Assembly (NCBI GenBank): GCA_963796685.1
Contig: CAWCMR010000010.1
Location: 64,001 to 128,000 of the forward strand
Direction of reading: 5' to 3'
DNA length: 64,000 nt
Source of the DNA: an uncultured delta proteobacterium
GTDB taxonomy: Bacteria; Myxococcota_A; Polyangia; Fen-1088
Shown: positions 41,807 to 51,079 of the stretch, piece after piece
Position numbering within the stretch: position 1 is the stretch's first letter
How the letters are laid out: the number at the start of each line of letters is the position of its first letter
Notes under the pieces: model-generated
Told to the model about the DNA's origin: nothing
Database searches by the model: none
Seen by the model: the letters and a program-made list of their open reading frames with translations, nothing else
Program-made: the position numbers and the translations under genes

Positions 41807-42055
41807 TAGAATAACGCGTGAGCGACGGCAAGCATGGCTTGACGGCGCTCGACGCGGGGGTTTTAAAGGACCCTCCCAGGGTCCTTTTCTGGAATAACGC
41901 GTGAGCGACGGCAAGCATGGCTTGACGGCGCTCGACGCGGGGGTTTTAAAGGACCCTCCCAGGGTCCTTTTCTAGAATAACGCGTGAGCGACGGCAAGCA
42001 TGGCTTGACGGCGCTCGACGCGGGGGTTTTAAAGGACCCTCCCAGGGTCCTTTTC
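41807..42055. repeat. 3 x 83-bp near-perfect tandem repeat between tRNAs
   Basis: Units start 41807, 41890, 41973; each ends in aaaggaccct-ccc-agggtcctttt. Confidence 0.95.
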
Positions 42056-42061
42056 TAGATC

Positions 42062-42146
42062 GGAGAGATGCCCGAGTGGCCGAAGGGGCATGATTGGAAA
42101 TCATGTGTACCGCAAGGTACCGTGGGTTCGACTCCCACTCTCTCCT
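42062..42146 (+). tRNA. tRNA-Ser(GGA)
   Basis: GGAGAGA/TCTCTCC acceptor stem, CATGA-TTGGAAA-TCATG anticodon arm, long variable arm, GGTTCGACTCC. Confidence 0.96.
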
Positions 42147-42325
42147 CAGTTTTGATGGGAACCCTGAGAGGGTTCCCAAACCCTCCCGCGCTCTGGCGAC
42201 GGCGGGCAAAGCCCGCCTTCGCCAACGCGATTGACGGGAACGGGAGGAGCGGACGAAAACCGAACAGGGCGGTGACGGCGGGCAAAGCCCGCCTTCGCCA
42301 ACGCGGTGATGGGAACGGGAGGGTA

Positions 42326-43366
42326 GTCCTTTCAAGATGTTGAAAAGCCAGCGACTGAAAGCGGGATTGGCGTCCTGGCGGCCGCGTAGCGGCCATATCT
42401 CCTCGCCCCGCGGCCACTCGGGGAGAGGACGCCGCGCGAAGCGCGGCAGGCGAGGGGCCGACGCGCTCGCTCTTTCGCGCGCCCCTCACCCGCCGACGCG
42501 GACGTCGGCGGCCTCTCCCCGACGGGGAGAGGCTGGGATCTTGGCCCGCGCGAACACCTTGAAAGCTCGCAGAACACCTGGGCGTCGCCGTCCGCGTTGA
42601 GGCTGGGATCTTGGCCCGCGCGAACACCTTGAAGGGGTTGCCCTGGGAGGGTTCGCTTCGCAACCGGCACTCGCCAACCCGCACTGCCGCTCCCGCGCTA
42701 CGCGCGGCCTCGCCAAACCCTCGGCCCCTACCCGTCACCCACCACCCCCACCCCGCCACTGCGCTCGGCCCCGCGCGCTTTGGCATCAGACCGGTAGGCC
42801 GTGGGCAAAGCCCGGCTACGCCAACGCGGTTATGATGGGAACCCTGGGAGGGTGTCCTTTCAAGATGTTGAAAAGCCAGCGACTGAAAGCGGGATTGGCG
42901 TCCTGGCGGCCGCGTAGCGGCCATATCTCCTCGCCCCGCGGCCACTCGGGGAGAGGACGCCGCGCGAAGCGCGGCAGGCGAGGGGCCGACGCGCTCGCTC
43001 TTTCGCGCGCCCCTCACCCGCCGACGCGGACGTCGGCGGCCTCTCCCCGACGGGGAGAGGCTGGGATCTTGGCCCGCGCGAACACCTTGAAAGCTCGCAG
43101 AACACCTGGGCGTCGCCGTCCGCGTTGAGGCTGGGATCTTGGCCCGCGCGAACACCTTGAAGGGGTTGCCCTGGGAGGGTTCGCTTCGCAACCGGCACTC
43201 GCCAACCCGCACTGCCGCTCCCGCGCTACGCGCGGCCTCGCCAAACCCTCGGCCCCTACCCGTCACCCACCACCCCCACCCCGCCAGCTGCGCTCGGCCC
43301 CGCGCGCTTTGGCATCAGACCGGTAGGCCGTGGGCAAAGCTCGGCTACGTCAATGCGGTGATGGGA
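42326..43366. repeat. two copies of a 528-bp non-coding palindromic unit
   Basis: gtcctttcaagatgttgaaaagcc at 42326 and 42854; identical translated ORFs 528 bp apart. Confidence 0.93.
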
Positions 43367-43553
43367 CGCGAAAGAACGGACGAAGTGAGTAGGGCGCGTG
43401 ACAGCGGGCAAAGACCGCCTTCGCCAACGCCGCATGATTGGAAATCCGTTATGATGGGAACCCCGAGGGCAAAGCCGCCCCGCCAACGCGGCCAGGGGAG
43501 TCGCAGCCTTCACCGATTCTCAGCCTTCACCAACCACACGGCAAGGAGCGCCT

Positions 43554-43895
43554 ATGCAACACCGCATTCCCGTCATGACCACCATGGATCCGCCGCCCGG
43601 CTTCGTGGTCGAGAAGATCCTGGGCTCGTGCTGGGGCATCACGGTTCGCTCGCGTAGCGTGGTTGGCACCATGTGCGCGGGTTGCCAGACCTTCTTTGGC
43701 GGTGAGATCACGGCGCTGACCGAGCTGGCCAACGATGCCCGCGGCCAGGCCATGAAGCGACTCGAAGAGCATGCCGTCGCGCTGGGGGCGGATGCCGTCC
43801 TGATGATGCGGTTCGATTCCGGCGAGCTGATGCAGAATACGAACGAGATCGTCGCCTACGGCACCGCGGTCAAGCTGGCGCCCAAGGCATCGTGA
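43554..43895 (+). CDS. YbjQ/UPF0145 family protein
   Basis: GITVRSR, FFGGEI, AR.QAM.RL, GADAV..MRFD, EIVAYGTAV. Confidence 0.9.
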   Translation: MQHRIPVMTTMDPPPGFVVEKILGSCWGITVRSRSVVGTMCAGCQTFFGGEITALTELANDARGQAMKRLEEHAVALGADAVLMMRFDSGELMQNTNEIVAYGTAVKLAPKAS

Positions 43896-44509
43896 CGGTC
43901 CCGCGTATCCCTCCGCCCCTGGCCCTGCGAATCGATCGCCTTGCCTGGCGCGCCCACGCCTTTCACCGCGTCGCGCACCATCCTCTGTGCGAGGCTTATC
44001 GAGGCGAAGTCCTGCGCGTCGGCAAGCGCCTCCGCATTTGTCGAGGCTGCACCTTTCTCGTCGCGGGCCTGCTTGCAGGCTTCGCGAGCGGGGCCTACCT
44101 TTGGCCGCCACCCCTGTGGGGCGTGGGCGCGTTGTCGCTGGCTCTGGTTCTGGGCGGGCTGTCGCTTCTGCTGCGCGTGCCGAAAGCGTTGGGACGTTTC
44201 CTTCCCGGCGCGGGGTTGGGCCTGGCCGTGTGGGCAGGCTGGCCGTGCGCGCTTGCTTCGCTCCTCGGTGTGGGATTGGCGGGCATCTTCTACCGTCGCA
44301 AGGGTGTGGACCGCGGTCGCTGCCACACTTGCTACGAGCGCCTGCGCGTTCCCTGCTCCGGCTTTGCGGCTATCGTTCGCCGCGAGCGCGCTTTTAGACG
44401 GAGGGCGAATCGCTGGCTCGGCGCGATCCCAAACGGGCCGACGATTCACCCGGCGATTCACCCGACCGTCCACCCCAGGGATCGCGGCCGCCACCATCAC
44501 CCGGTGTGA
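43892..44509 (+). CDS. Cys/His-containing membrane protein
   Basis: HHPLC, ICRGC, CHTC, PCSG motifs around TM helices; GTGA overlap. Confidence 0.65.
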   Translation: MTVPRIPPPLALRIDRLAWRAHAFHRVAHHPLCEAYRGEVLRVGKRLRICRGCTFLVAGLLAGFASGAYLWPPPLWGVGALSLALVLGGLSLLLRVPKALGRFLPGAGLGLAVWAGWPCALASLLGVGLAGIFYRRKGVDRGRCHTCYERLRVPCSGFAAIVRRERAFRRRANRWLGAIPNGPTIHPAIHPTVHPRDRGRHHHPV

Positions 44510-44519
44510 TCGGGAGGCG

Positions 44520-44690
44520 ATTGTTGACATCCTCGACCCCATACGCTTCGCCAAGCGCCTCAGGTTCAACCTCGAGCTCTGGCACTGGGATGATGGCGCG
44601 CAGGTGACCTTCGATACCGTCGCCTACTTCTATCTGGCCCAGGACGGACGTGACAACCTTCCGACGCCTACGTCCATCGACTTTCGTCTC
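44520..44690 (+). pseudogene. orphan C-terminal fragment resembling DUF2961/GH172 proteins
   Basis: ILDPIRFAKRLRFNLELWHW...DTVAYFY with no credible start or N-terminal domain. Confidence 0.5.
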
Positions 44691-44706
44691 TCCCCCTTTG
44701 GCCCCC

Positions 44707-45291
44707 ATGCGCAAGCCCCTGCCCATCAAGTCGTCGTCGTTGCTGCTGTCGACGCAGCCGCGGGAGCTGATTCTCGAGCAGCACCGAGAGCAGCTTTTTC
44801 GCTATGTGATGAGCATGCTCCGCGACCGGGGCGACGCCGAGGATCTGCTGCAGGAGATCCTGTTGCGGGCGCACCGCGGGTTCGCCAACCTGCGCGCTGG
44901 CGAGGCGGTGACGACCTGGCTGTTTCGCATCGCCACCCACGCCTGCGTCGATCATTTTCGCCAGCGCGCCCGGCAGCCGGCCATCGACGCGGACGCCGAT
45001 CCCGACGCGCCCGAGCCCATCACTTTGCAAACCACCCTCGAACGGCGGGAGATGTCTGCCTGCGTGCAGCGCTTTCTCGAAGCCCTGCCCGACGACTATC
45101 GCTCGGTGCTGATGCTCGTCGAGCTCGAAAGCCTGAGCGGCACCGAGGCAGCGAGCCTGCTCGGGGTTCCCCTGACCACCGTGAAGATGCGCCTGCACCG
45201 CGCGCGCCACATGCTCCAGACCGCCATGGAGGCAGGTTGCTCGTTTGGCTGCGACGAGCGCGGCGTGATGGTGTGCGAGCCCAAGGACTGA
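44707..45291 (+). CDS. ECF sigma factor
   Basis: DAEDLLQE, TWLFRIA, LPDDYRSVL, LGVPLTTVKMRLHRAR. Confidence 0.92.
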   Translation: MRKPLPIKSSSLLLSTQPRELILEQHREQLFRYVMSMLRDRGDAEDLLQEILLRAHRGFANLRAGEAVTTWLFRIATHACVDHFRQRARQPAIDADADPDAPEPITLQTTLERREMSACVQRFLEALPDDYRSVLMLVELESLSGTEAASLLGVPLTTVKMRLHRARHMLQTAMEAGCSFGCDERGVMVCEPKD

Positions 45292-45295
45292 CGCC

Positions 45296-46024
45296 ATGAT
45301 AGAGCCAACCAGGTGGCGCACGCGCATGTTGATCGTGCTGGCGGTCGCGCTCGGGGTCGGATCGGTCGCGCTCTTCGCCCTGTGGCCTCTGGGAAGCCTG
45401 CGCATCGCCAGACCCGAGTGGTCGGAGACCCTGATTCTGTCGTGGGATCTCCTGCTGTCGATGATCTTCTTCATCCAGCACAGCTCGATGCTCCGCAAAG
45501 GCGTGCGCGCCCGCATGGCCGTGGTCCTACCAGAGATCTACCATTCCGCCGTCTACGCGGGCGCCTCGGGACTAACCCTGCTGGCGGTCATCCTGCTCTG
45601 GCAGCCCTCGACGGTTCGCCTCTTCGCCCTCGACCCGCCCTGGCGTTACGTCGCGCACGGCTGCGCCCTGGCGGCGCTGGCGCTGTTCATCTGGGGCTTT
45701 CGGTCGCTGCGTTCGTTCGACCCCTTGGGCATCGGGCCCCTGGCGAGCCACCTGCGGTCGAGGCCGCCGCAGTCTTGCCCGTTCGCCGTTCAGGGTGCGT
45801 ATCGTTTCGTGCGCCACCCGCTCTATCTCGCCATCATCGTCCTATTCTGGTCCAATCCTGACCTGACCGCCGACCGGCTGCTCTTCGATGGCTTGTGGAC
45901 CGCGTGGATTGTGGTCGGCACCCTTCTCGAAGAGAGGGATCTGGTGGCCGAGTTTGGCGACGCCTACCGGTCTTACCGTCGCTCCGTTCCCATGCTCATC
46001 CCGCTACCCAGGCCGCGGGGCTAG
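45296..46024 (+). CDS. isoprenylcysteine carboxylmethyltransferase/MddA-like membrane protein
   Basis: FFIQHS, GAYRFVRHPLY, LEERDLV..FG..Y..YRRSVPMLIP. Confidence 0.82.
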   Translation: MIEPTRWRTRMLIVLAVALGVGSVALFALWPLGSLRIARPEWSETLILSWDLLLSMIFFIQHSSMLRKGVRARMAVVLPEIYHSAVYAGASGLTLLAVILLWQPSTVRLFALDPPWRYVAHGCALAALALFIWGFRSLRSFDPLGIGPLASHLRSRPPQSCPFAVQGAYRFVRHPLYLAIIVLFWSNPDLTADRLLFDGLWTAWIVVGTLLEERDLVAEFGDAYRSYRRSVPMLIPLPRPRG

Positions 46025-46087
46025 CACCGTTTCTACAGCATTGGCAATGCCACCCCGGCGTCCATCCCGCGATAGGCGCGGGAGGCC

Positions 46088-46159
46088 GTGGTCGTGGCCG
46101 TGGCCGGAGTGATCTTCGTCGGCCACGGCCACGGCCACGGGGACGACTACGACCACCAC
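46088..46159. repeat. hexamer-based inverted repeat between convergent genes
   Basis: gtggtcgtggccgtggcc ... ggccacggccacggccac ... acgaccac. Confidence 0.6.
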
Positions 46160-46262
46160 TCGCCGTTCCGATTGGGTGCGAGCATTCATCGTGGAAAGGT
46201 GCCCCTTTTTGCCGCCTTCCGCGAGAGCACTGCGCTTGTCGCGGAATTAGGGGGCGTCGCTG

Positions 46263-47246
46263 TCACCAATAGGGATGGACCAGGCTGCGCAGCGTCGCAT
46301 CGTAGATTCTCTGCACGGCTGCCATCGTGTCGTCCGAGAGCGCCGGCAGACTCGCGGCCTCGAGGTTTTCCTCGACCTGGGCGGGACGCTTGGCGCCCGG
46401 AATCGCACACGTCACGGCGTCGTTCATCAAGATCCAACGCAAGGCGAAGGTTGCCATGCTCATGCTCGCGGGGACCAGCGGTCGCAACTCCTCGACCGCA
46501 CGCAACCCGGTTTCGAAGTCGACGCCCGAAAAGGTTTCGCCACGATCGAAGGCCTCGCCGTGGCGATTGAAGGAGCGGTGATCGTCGCTGGCGAAGGTCG
46601 ACTTCATCGTCATCTTTCCGGCCAGCATGCCTGATGAGAGAGGCAAACGCGCCAAGATGCCGACCCGCTTGCGTTTCGCCTCCTTGAAGAAGAGGTCGGA
46701 CGGCCGCTGGCGGAAGATGTTGTAGATGATCTGCACGCTCTGCACGTTGGGATACTCGATGGCCTTGAGCGCCTCTTCCACGCGCTCGACGCTGACGCCA
46801 TAGAATCGAATCTTGCCGGCCTTCATCAGATCGTCCATCACGGCAAAGACCTCGGGCCGGTAGTAGACGTCGGTTGGCGGGCAGTGCAGTTGCACCAAAT
46901 CCAAGGCGTCGACTTGCAGGTTCTTGAGGCTGCGCTCGACAAACGCGGTCAAATTGGCACGGTTGTAGCCATCGGCGTGGTGGGGGTTCAGTCGACGGCC
47001 GGCCTTGGTTGCAATAACGATGGGTTCACTGCGCTCGCGGCGCAGGCGCGCAAGCAATTGTTCGCTGTGGCCGTCGCCGTACACATCCGCGGTGTCGAAG
47101 AAGCTCACGCCCAGATCGACCGCGCGATGAAGCGCCTCGAGCGAGTCGGCATCCTCGACCGGACCCCAGGTGCCACCAATCGCCCACGCGCCGAAGCTGA
47201 TCGAAGAAACATTCCAACCGGTTCTTCCTAGTGGTCGCAGATCCAT
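46263..47246 (-). CDS. aldo/keto reductase
   Basis: GAWAIGG, FFDTADVYG, ATKAG, DLVQLH, GKIR.YGVS, IPGA. Confidence 0.93.
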   Translation of the reverse strand: MDLRPLGRTGWNVSSISFGAWAIGGTWGPVEDADSLEALHRAVDLGVSFFDTADVYGDGHSEQLLARLRRERSEPIVIATKAGRRLNPHHADGYNRANLTAFVERSLKNLQVDALDLVQLHCPPTDVYYRPEVFAVMDDLMKAGKIRFYGVSVERVEEALKAIEYPNVQSVQIIYNIFRQRPSDLFFKEAKRKRVGILARLPLSSGMLAGKMTMKSTFASDDHRSFNRHGEAFDRGETFSGVDFETGLRAVEELRPLVPASMSMATFALRWILMNDAVTCAIPGAKRPAQVEENLEAASLPALSDDTMAAVQRIYDATLRSLVHPYW

Positions 47247-47620
47247 GTGCGCAAGCATACTAGACTCCTTACTCCCGGAGCCAGCTCACCACGAAAAGAC
47301 CGTGGCCGCCACCCTGGGTGACCCCGGTTGACACCGCAGTATTGTTCATGCACTGGTCGAGCTTCCACGACACGCCGCCGAGCGAGGACAAGGATGGGGC
47401 GTGGCAAGTACAGCATGATGTGAGCTCCTGGGATGAAGAACAGCTGCCGACGTGGCGATGGGAACGCAATCACCCAACTTCGCCAACTGGCCCGGCAATT
47501 CTGCCGATGGACATGTCCGGTGTCCGCGGACACTCCGCCTCCAGAAAGGAAGCCGCGGCAGCGAGACAACCGGCCTGTGCGGTACAAGCTGGCCGTCATG
47601 GTATAGAGGTAGGAACGTTT

Positions 47621-48061
47621 ATGAAGAGAATGCGATTCTATCGCGGTGTTTCCTTGCTGTCCGGCGCAGTGACCTTGTGGCTGTCTCTTGGCTGCGGAAC
47701 CATCCTGTATCCAGAGCGTCGAGGACAACGAACCACGGCGCGCATAGACGCCGGTGTGGCGGTGATGGATGGCCTGTGGTGCCTGCTCTTCATCATCCCG
47801 GGCGTCATCGCGTTTGCCGTGGATTTCAACAACGGAGCGATCTACTTGCCGGGCGGGAGTGCGAGCGCCGGGTCCGTGAAGGTCGTGAGAGCTCCCGACA
47901 TTTGCCCAGACCGGGCGGCCATCGAGCGCGCGGTCGAAGAGGGGGCCGGCATCCACATTCGGCTCGACGATCCGGCCGTGATTCGGCGGAAGATCATGCG
48001 CGGCGAAAATATTGCCCGGACGATCGCCGAAGCACGCCAGGGCCATCGCTCGTTCGAGTAG
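47621..48061 (+). CDS. hypothetical lipoprotein/membrane protein
   Basis: LSLGC lipobox, CGTILYPERRG, GVIAFAVDF.NGAIYLP. Confidence 0.7.
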   Translation: MKRMRFYRGVSLLSGAVTLWLSLGCGTILYPERRGQRTTARIDAGVAVMDGLWCLLFIIPGVIAFAVDFNNGAIYLPGGSASAGSVKVVRAPDICPDRAAIERAVEEGAGIHIRLDDPAVIRRKIMRGENIARTIAEARQGHRSFE

Positions 48062-48168
48062 CGCGGCGACGCCATCGAGCCGGATGCCGGGCCGTAGGTC
48101 GCCGAACGTGCGGCCGGAGAGCGTAGGAAGGTGTGGTAGAAATCCCGGACAACCGGAGCTTGTCGTCT

Positions 48169-49278
48169 ATGCCCAAGAATTCCAAGGTCGCGATTCTGCG
48201 CACACGTCCCGAGACCGTTCTCGACGACTATCAACGTCTGTTCGAGCTAGCCGGAGGACCGCAGGCGCTGGCACCGAGCACGCCCACCATCCTCAAGGAC
48301 AACATTTCGTGGCACTTCCCGATGCCGAGCGCCAACACGACGCCGTGGCAGCTCGAAGGGACAGTGCTCGCGCTTCGCAAGGCGGGCCACACCGATCTGG
48401 TGTGCGTGCAGAACAAGACCGTGGTCATCGACGTTTTCAAGGGCGAGGACCTCAACGGATACCTGCCAATCTTCAAGCACTACGGGATTCCGGTGAGGTA
48501 CAACTTCAAGCCGGAGGACATGAAGTGGATCCCGTTCCGTCCGAAGGGCGAGCTGCTGGCCTTGCACAAGATCTTTCCCGAGGGGCTGCACATTCCAGAC
48601 TTCTTCGCCGGCAAGAACATCGTCCATCTGCCCACGACCAAGTGCCACCTGTACACGACCACCACGGGCGCGATGAAGAACGCCTTCGGGGGGCTGCTCA
48701 ATACCCATCGGCACTACACGCACACCTGGATTCACGAGACGCTCGTGGACCTGCTCACCATCCAGCAGGAGATCCACCCCGGACTCTTCGCGGTGATGGA
48801 CGGCACCACCGCCGGCAATGGCCCCGGTCCTCGCACCATGCATCCGGAGGTCAAGAACGTCATCCTGGCTTCGGCCGACCAAGTCGCCATCGATGCAGTC
48901 GCGGCCAAGATCATGGGCATGGATCCCCTCGGTCTCGCGTACATCCGATTGGCGCATGAGCGCGGCCTCGGCGTGGGCGACCCGCGCGACATCGAGATCG
49001 TGGGTGACGTCGACGCTGCCAAGGAGAACTGGGGCTTCAAGGTCGGAAGCAACTTCCACGGGTTCCTCGCCTGGATGGCCTGGTTCGGGCCGACCAAGTT
49101 TCTGCAACCGCTCATCATGCGCACCCCGCTGGTCAAATTCCCGATCCTCGTCTCCGAGCTCAATCACGACTACGTCCAATGGCCTGTGCGGTACAAGCGC
49201 GTGGCCCGAGAGTGGCAAGCCGGAACGTCCTGGGGAAAGCTCTTCACGCGCTATCAGAACCTGGGCCATCTGGGCTAG
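48169..49278 (+). CDS. DUF362 domain protein
   Basis: LKDNISW, HLPTTKCH, TGAMKNAFG, MDGT..G.GPGP, DQVAIDAV. Confidence 0.85.
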   Translation: MPKNSKVAILRTRPETVLDDYQRLFELAGGPQALAPSTPTILKDNISWHFPMPSANTTPWQLEGTVLALRKAGHTDLVCVQNKTVVIDVFKGEDLNGYLPIFKHYGIPVRYNFKPEDMKWIPFRPKGELLALHKIFPEGLHIPDFFAGKNIVHLPTTKCHLYTTTTGAMKNAFGGLLNTHRHYTHTWIHETLVDLLTIQQEIHPGLFAVMDGTTAGNGPGPRTMHPEVKNVILASADQVAIDAVAAKIMGMDPLGLAYIRLAHERGLGVGDPRDIEIVGDVDAAKENWGFKVGSNFHGFLAWMAWFGPTKFLQPLIMRTPLVKFPILVSELNHDYVQWPVRYKRVAREWQAGTSWGKLFTRYQNLGHLG

Positions 49279-49432
49279 CAGATCCGCGCCATCCCGAGTG
49301 CGCGGGGATCGATCACGGTGGCCGCGATCCAGCCATCGACAGGACCACGGATGGGGAGGGGGTCGGCTCACGTGGATCCGCCCCCCTCTTCCCGGCTCTG
49401 TGCCCTCCCTCGCCCTCTGCGCGCTCTCTTTC

Positions 49433-50698
49433 TTACTTTTGGTCGAGCACCTTGATGGGGGGCATTTCCTTGCCTTCGAGGTATTCGAGGCTGGCGCCGC
49501 CGCCGGTGGAGACGTGGGTCATCTTGTCGGCCAGGCCCATCTTCTCGACCGCCGCGGCCGAATCGCCGCCGCCGATGACGGTGACCGCGCCGCGGCCCGT
49601 GGCTGCCGCGATGGCCTGGGCCACGGCCAGGGTGCCGGCCGCATAGTCAGGGGCCTCGAACACGCCCATGGGGCCGTTCCATACGATGGTGCCGGCCTTG
49701 CCGATGATGTCGCTGAAGGCCTTGATGGTCTTGGGGCCGATGTCCATGCCCATGAGCCCGTCGGGGATGTTGGCGCCGGCGACGACGGTCGGCTTGTCCC
49801 CGGTCATGGCCTTGAAGTCGAAGGTGGCGGCCGCCGCGTGGTCGCTCGGCAGCACGATCTTGCCGCCGGCCTGGCCGAGCAGCTTCTTCATCTCCTCGAC
49901 TTGATCCTCCTCGACGCGGCTCTTGCCCACGGTCACACCGCTCGACTTGAGCAAGGTGTAGGCCATGGCGCCGCCAATGAGGATGTTGTCGACCTTGCCG
50001 AGCAGATTCGAGATGAGCTTGATCTTGTCGCTGACCTTGGCGCCGCCAAGAATGGCCACGAACGGGCGCTTGGGCGACGACACGGCCTCGTGCAGGTAGC
50101 GGATCTCCTTTTCGACGAGATAGCCCGCGACCGCCGCGCCGCCTTTCTGCTGGATGGCCTTGGCCACGCCGAACATGCTGCCGTGCTTGCGGTGGCAGGT
50201 GCCGAAGGCATCGTTGACGTAGAGGTCGCCCAGCTTGGCCAGCCCGGCCACGAACGCGTCGTGCTTGGCCTGCTGCTCGGCGGTGAGCTTCTTGTCGGGG
50301 TTCTTCTTGGCCTTGTCGGGCATGGTCTCGCCGGCATGGAAGCGGACGTTTTCCAGCAGCACCACCTCGCCCGCCTTCATCCCGGCCACCAGCGCCTCGG
50401 CGGCGGGGCCGATGACCTCGTTGGGGCCGAGCTTGACGGGCTTTCCCAGAAGCTCGCCCAGGCGGTCGGCGCACGGCTTGAGGCTGCCCTCGGGATCGTA
50501 GGCCCCGTCGGGCCGGCCGAGGTGACTCATGAGCACGAGCTTGCCGCCTTGATCGATGACCTGCTTGATGCTGGGCAGGGCCGCGCGGATGCGGCGGTCG
50601 TCGGTGATCTTGCCGCCCTTGAGGGGCACGTTGAAGTCGACGCGCATGAGTACGGTTTTGCCGCTGGCATTGATGTCGGAGATCGTCTTGGTAGCCAT
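49433..50698 (-). CDS. pgk: phosphoglycerate kinase
   Basis: [51 protein letters not shown]. Confidence 0.98.
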   Translation of the reverse strand: MATKTISDINASGKTVLMRVDFNVPLKGGKITDDRRIRAALPSIKQVIDQGGKLVLMSHLGRPDGAYDPEGSLKPCADRLGELLGKPVKLGPNEVIGPAAEALVAGMKAGEVVLLENVRFHAGETMPDKAKKNPDKKLTAEQQAKHDAFVAGLAKLGDLYVNDAFGTCHRKHGSMFGVAKAIQQKGGAAVAGYLVEKEIRYLHEAVSSPKRPFVAILGGAKVSDKIKLISNLLGKVDNILIGGAMAYTLLKSSGVTVGKSRVEEDQVEEMKKLLGQAGGKIVLPSDHAAAATFDFKAMTGDKPTVVAGANIPDGLMGMDIGPKTIKAFSDIIGKAGTIVWNGPMGVFEAPDYAAGTLAVAQAIAAATGRGAVTVIGGGDSAAAVEKMGLADKMTHVSTGGGASLEYLEGKEMPPIKVLDQK

Positions 50699-51040
50699 GG
50701 TCGCTGCCTCGTCATAGTGGGTTGATGGAATGCCCCGTCTTGGGGCGGCGGAAGCATACTACGGTTCGGGTTTCGTGGATCCCACCCGCTCGCGTGTTTG
50801 CCGCGCCGAGGATCCTCACTTTTTTCGTAAGGCGGGACGGGGCAAGGGGACGAGACAAGCATAGGCGACGTTCGCCGCCGTCGTCGAAGGGCCAGTTGGG
50901 CGCGACCGAGCCCGGTCGTCCGCCCGATTGCCAACCGCTCGTTCGTGCCGGGTGCCAACTCGGAGCAGGCAAGTGCCAACCGCTGTTGGCGGTGGGGTGC
51001 GCTGGTCGCGTGTTTTCGCGCGATCGGCCGCCACGGGTCT

Positions 51041-51056
51041 GGGCACGAGGCTTGCT
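51041..51056 (+). promoter_or_regulatory. sigma54 -24/-12 promoter
   Basis: GGGCACGAGGCTTGCT (GG-N10-GC), then AAGGAGG and ATG 51080. Confidence 0.7.
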
Positions 51057-51079
51057 CTGCAGCGACCAAGGAGGCACCC

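Noticed and set aside
41807-42055. CRISPR array
   Set aside because: Units are identical head-to-tail with no unique spacers; no cas genes in the window
43330-43375. c-di-GMP-I riboswitch (GGGCAAA...GGGACGC)
   Set aside because: P2 stem and GNRA geometry do not fit; the motif is part of the local repeat
42147-43500. CRISPR array or protein-coding ORFs (e.g. 42055..43266)
   Set aside because: Module spacing is irregular (about 60-530 bp) and degenerate; ORFs are low-complexity translations of repeats and overlap a tRNA
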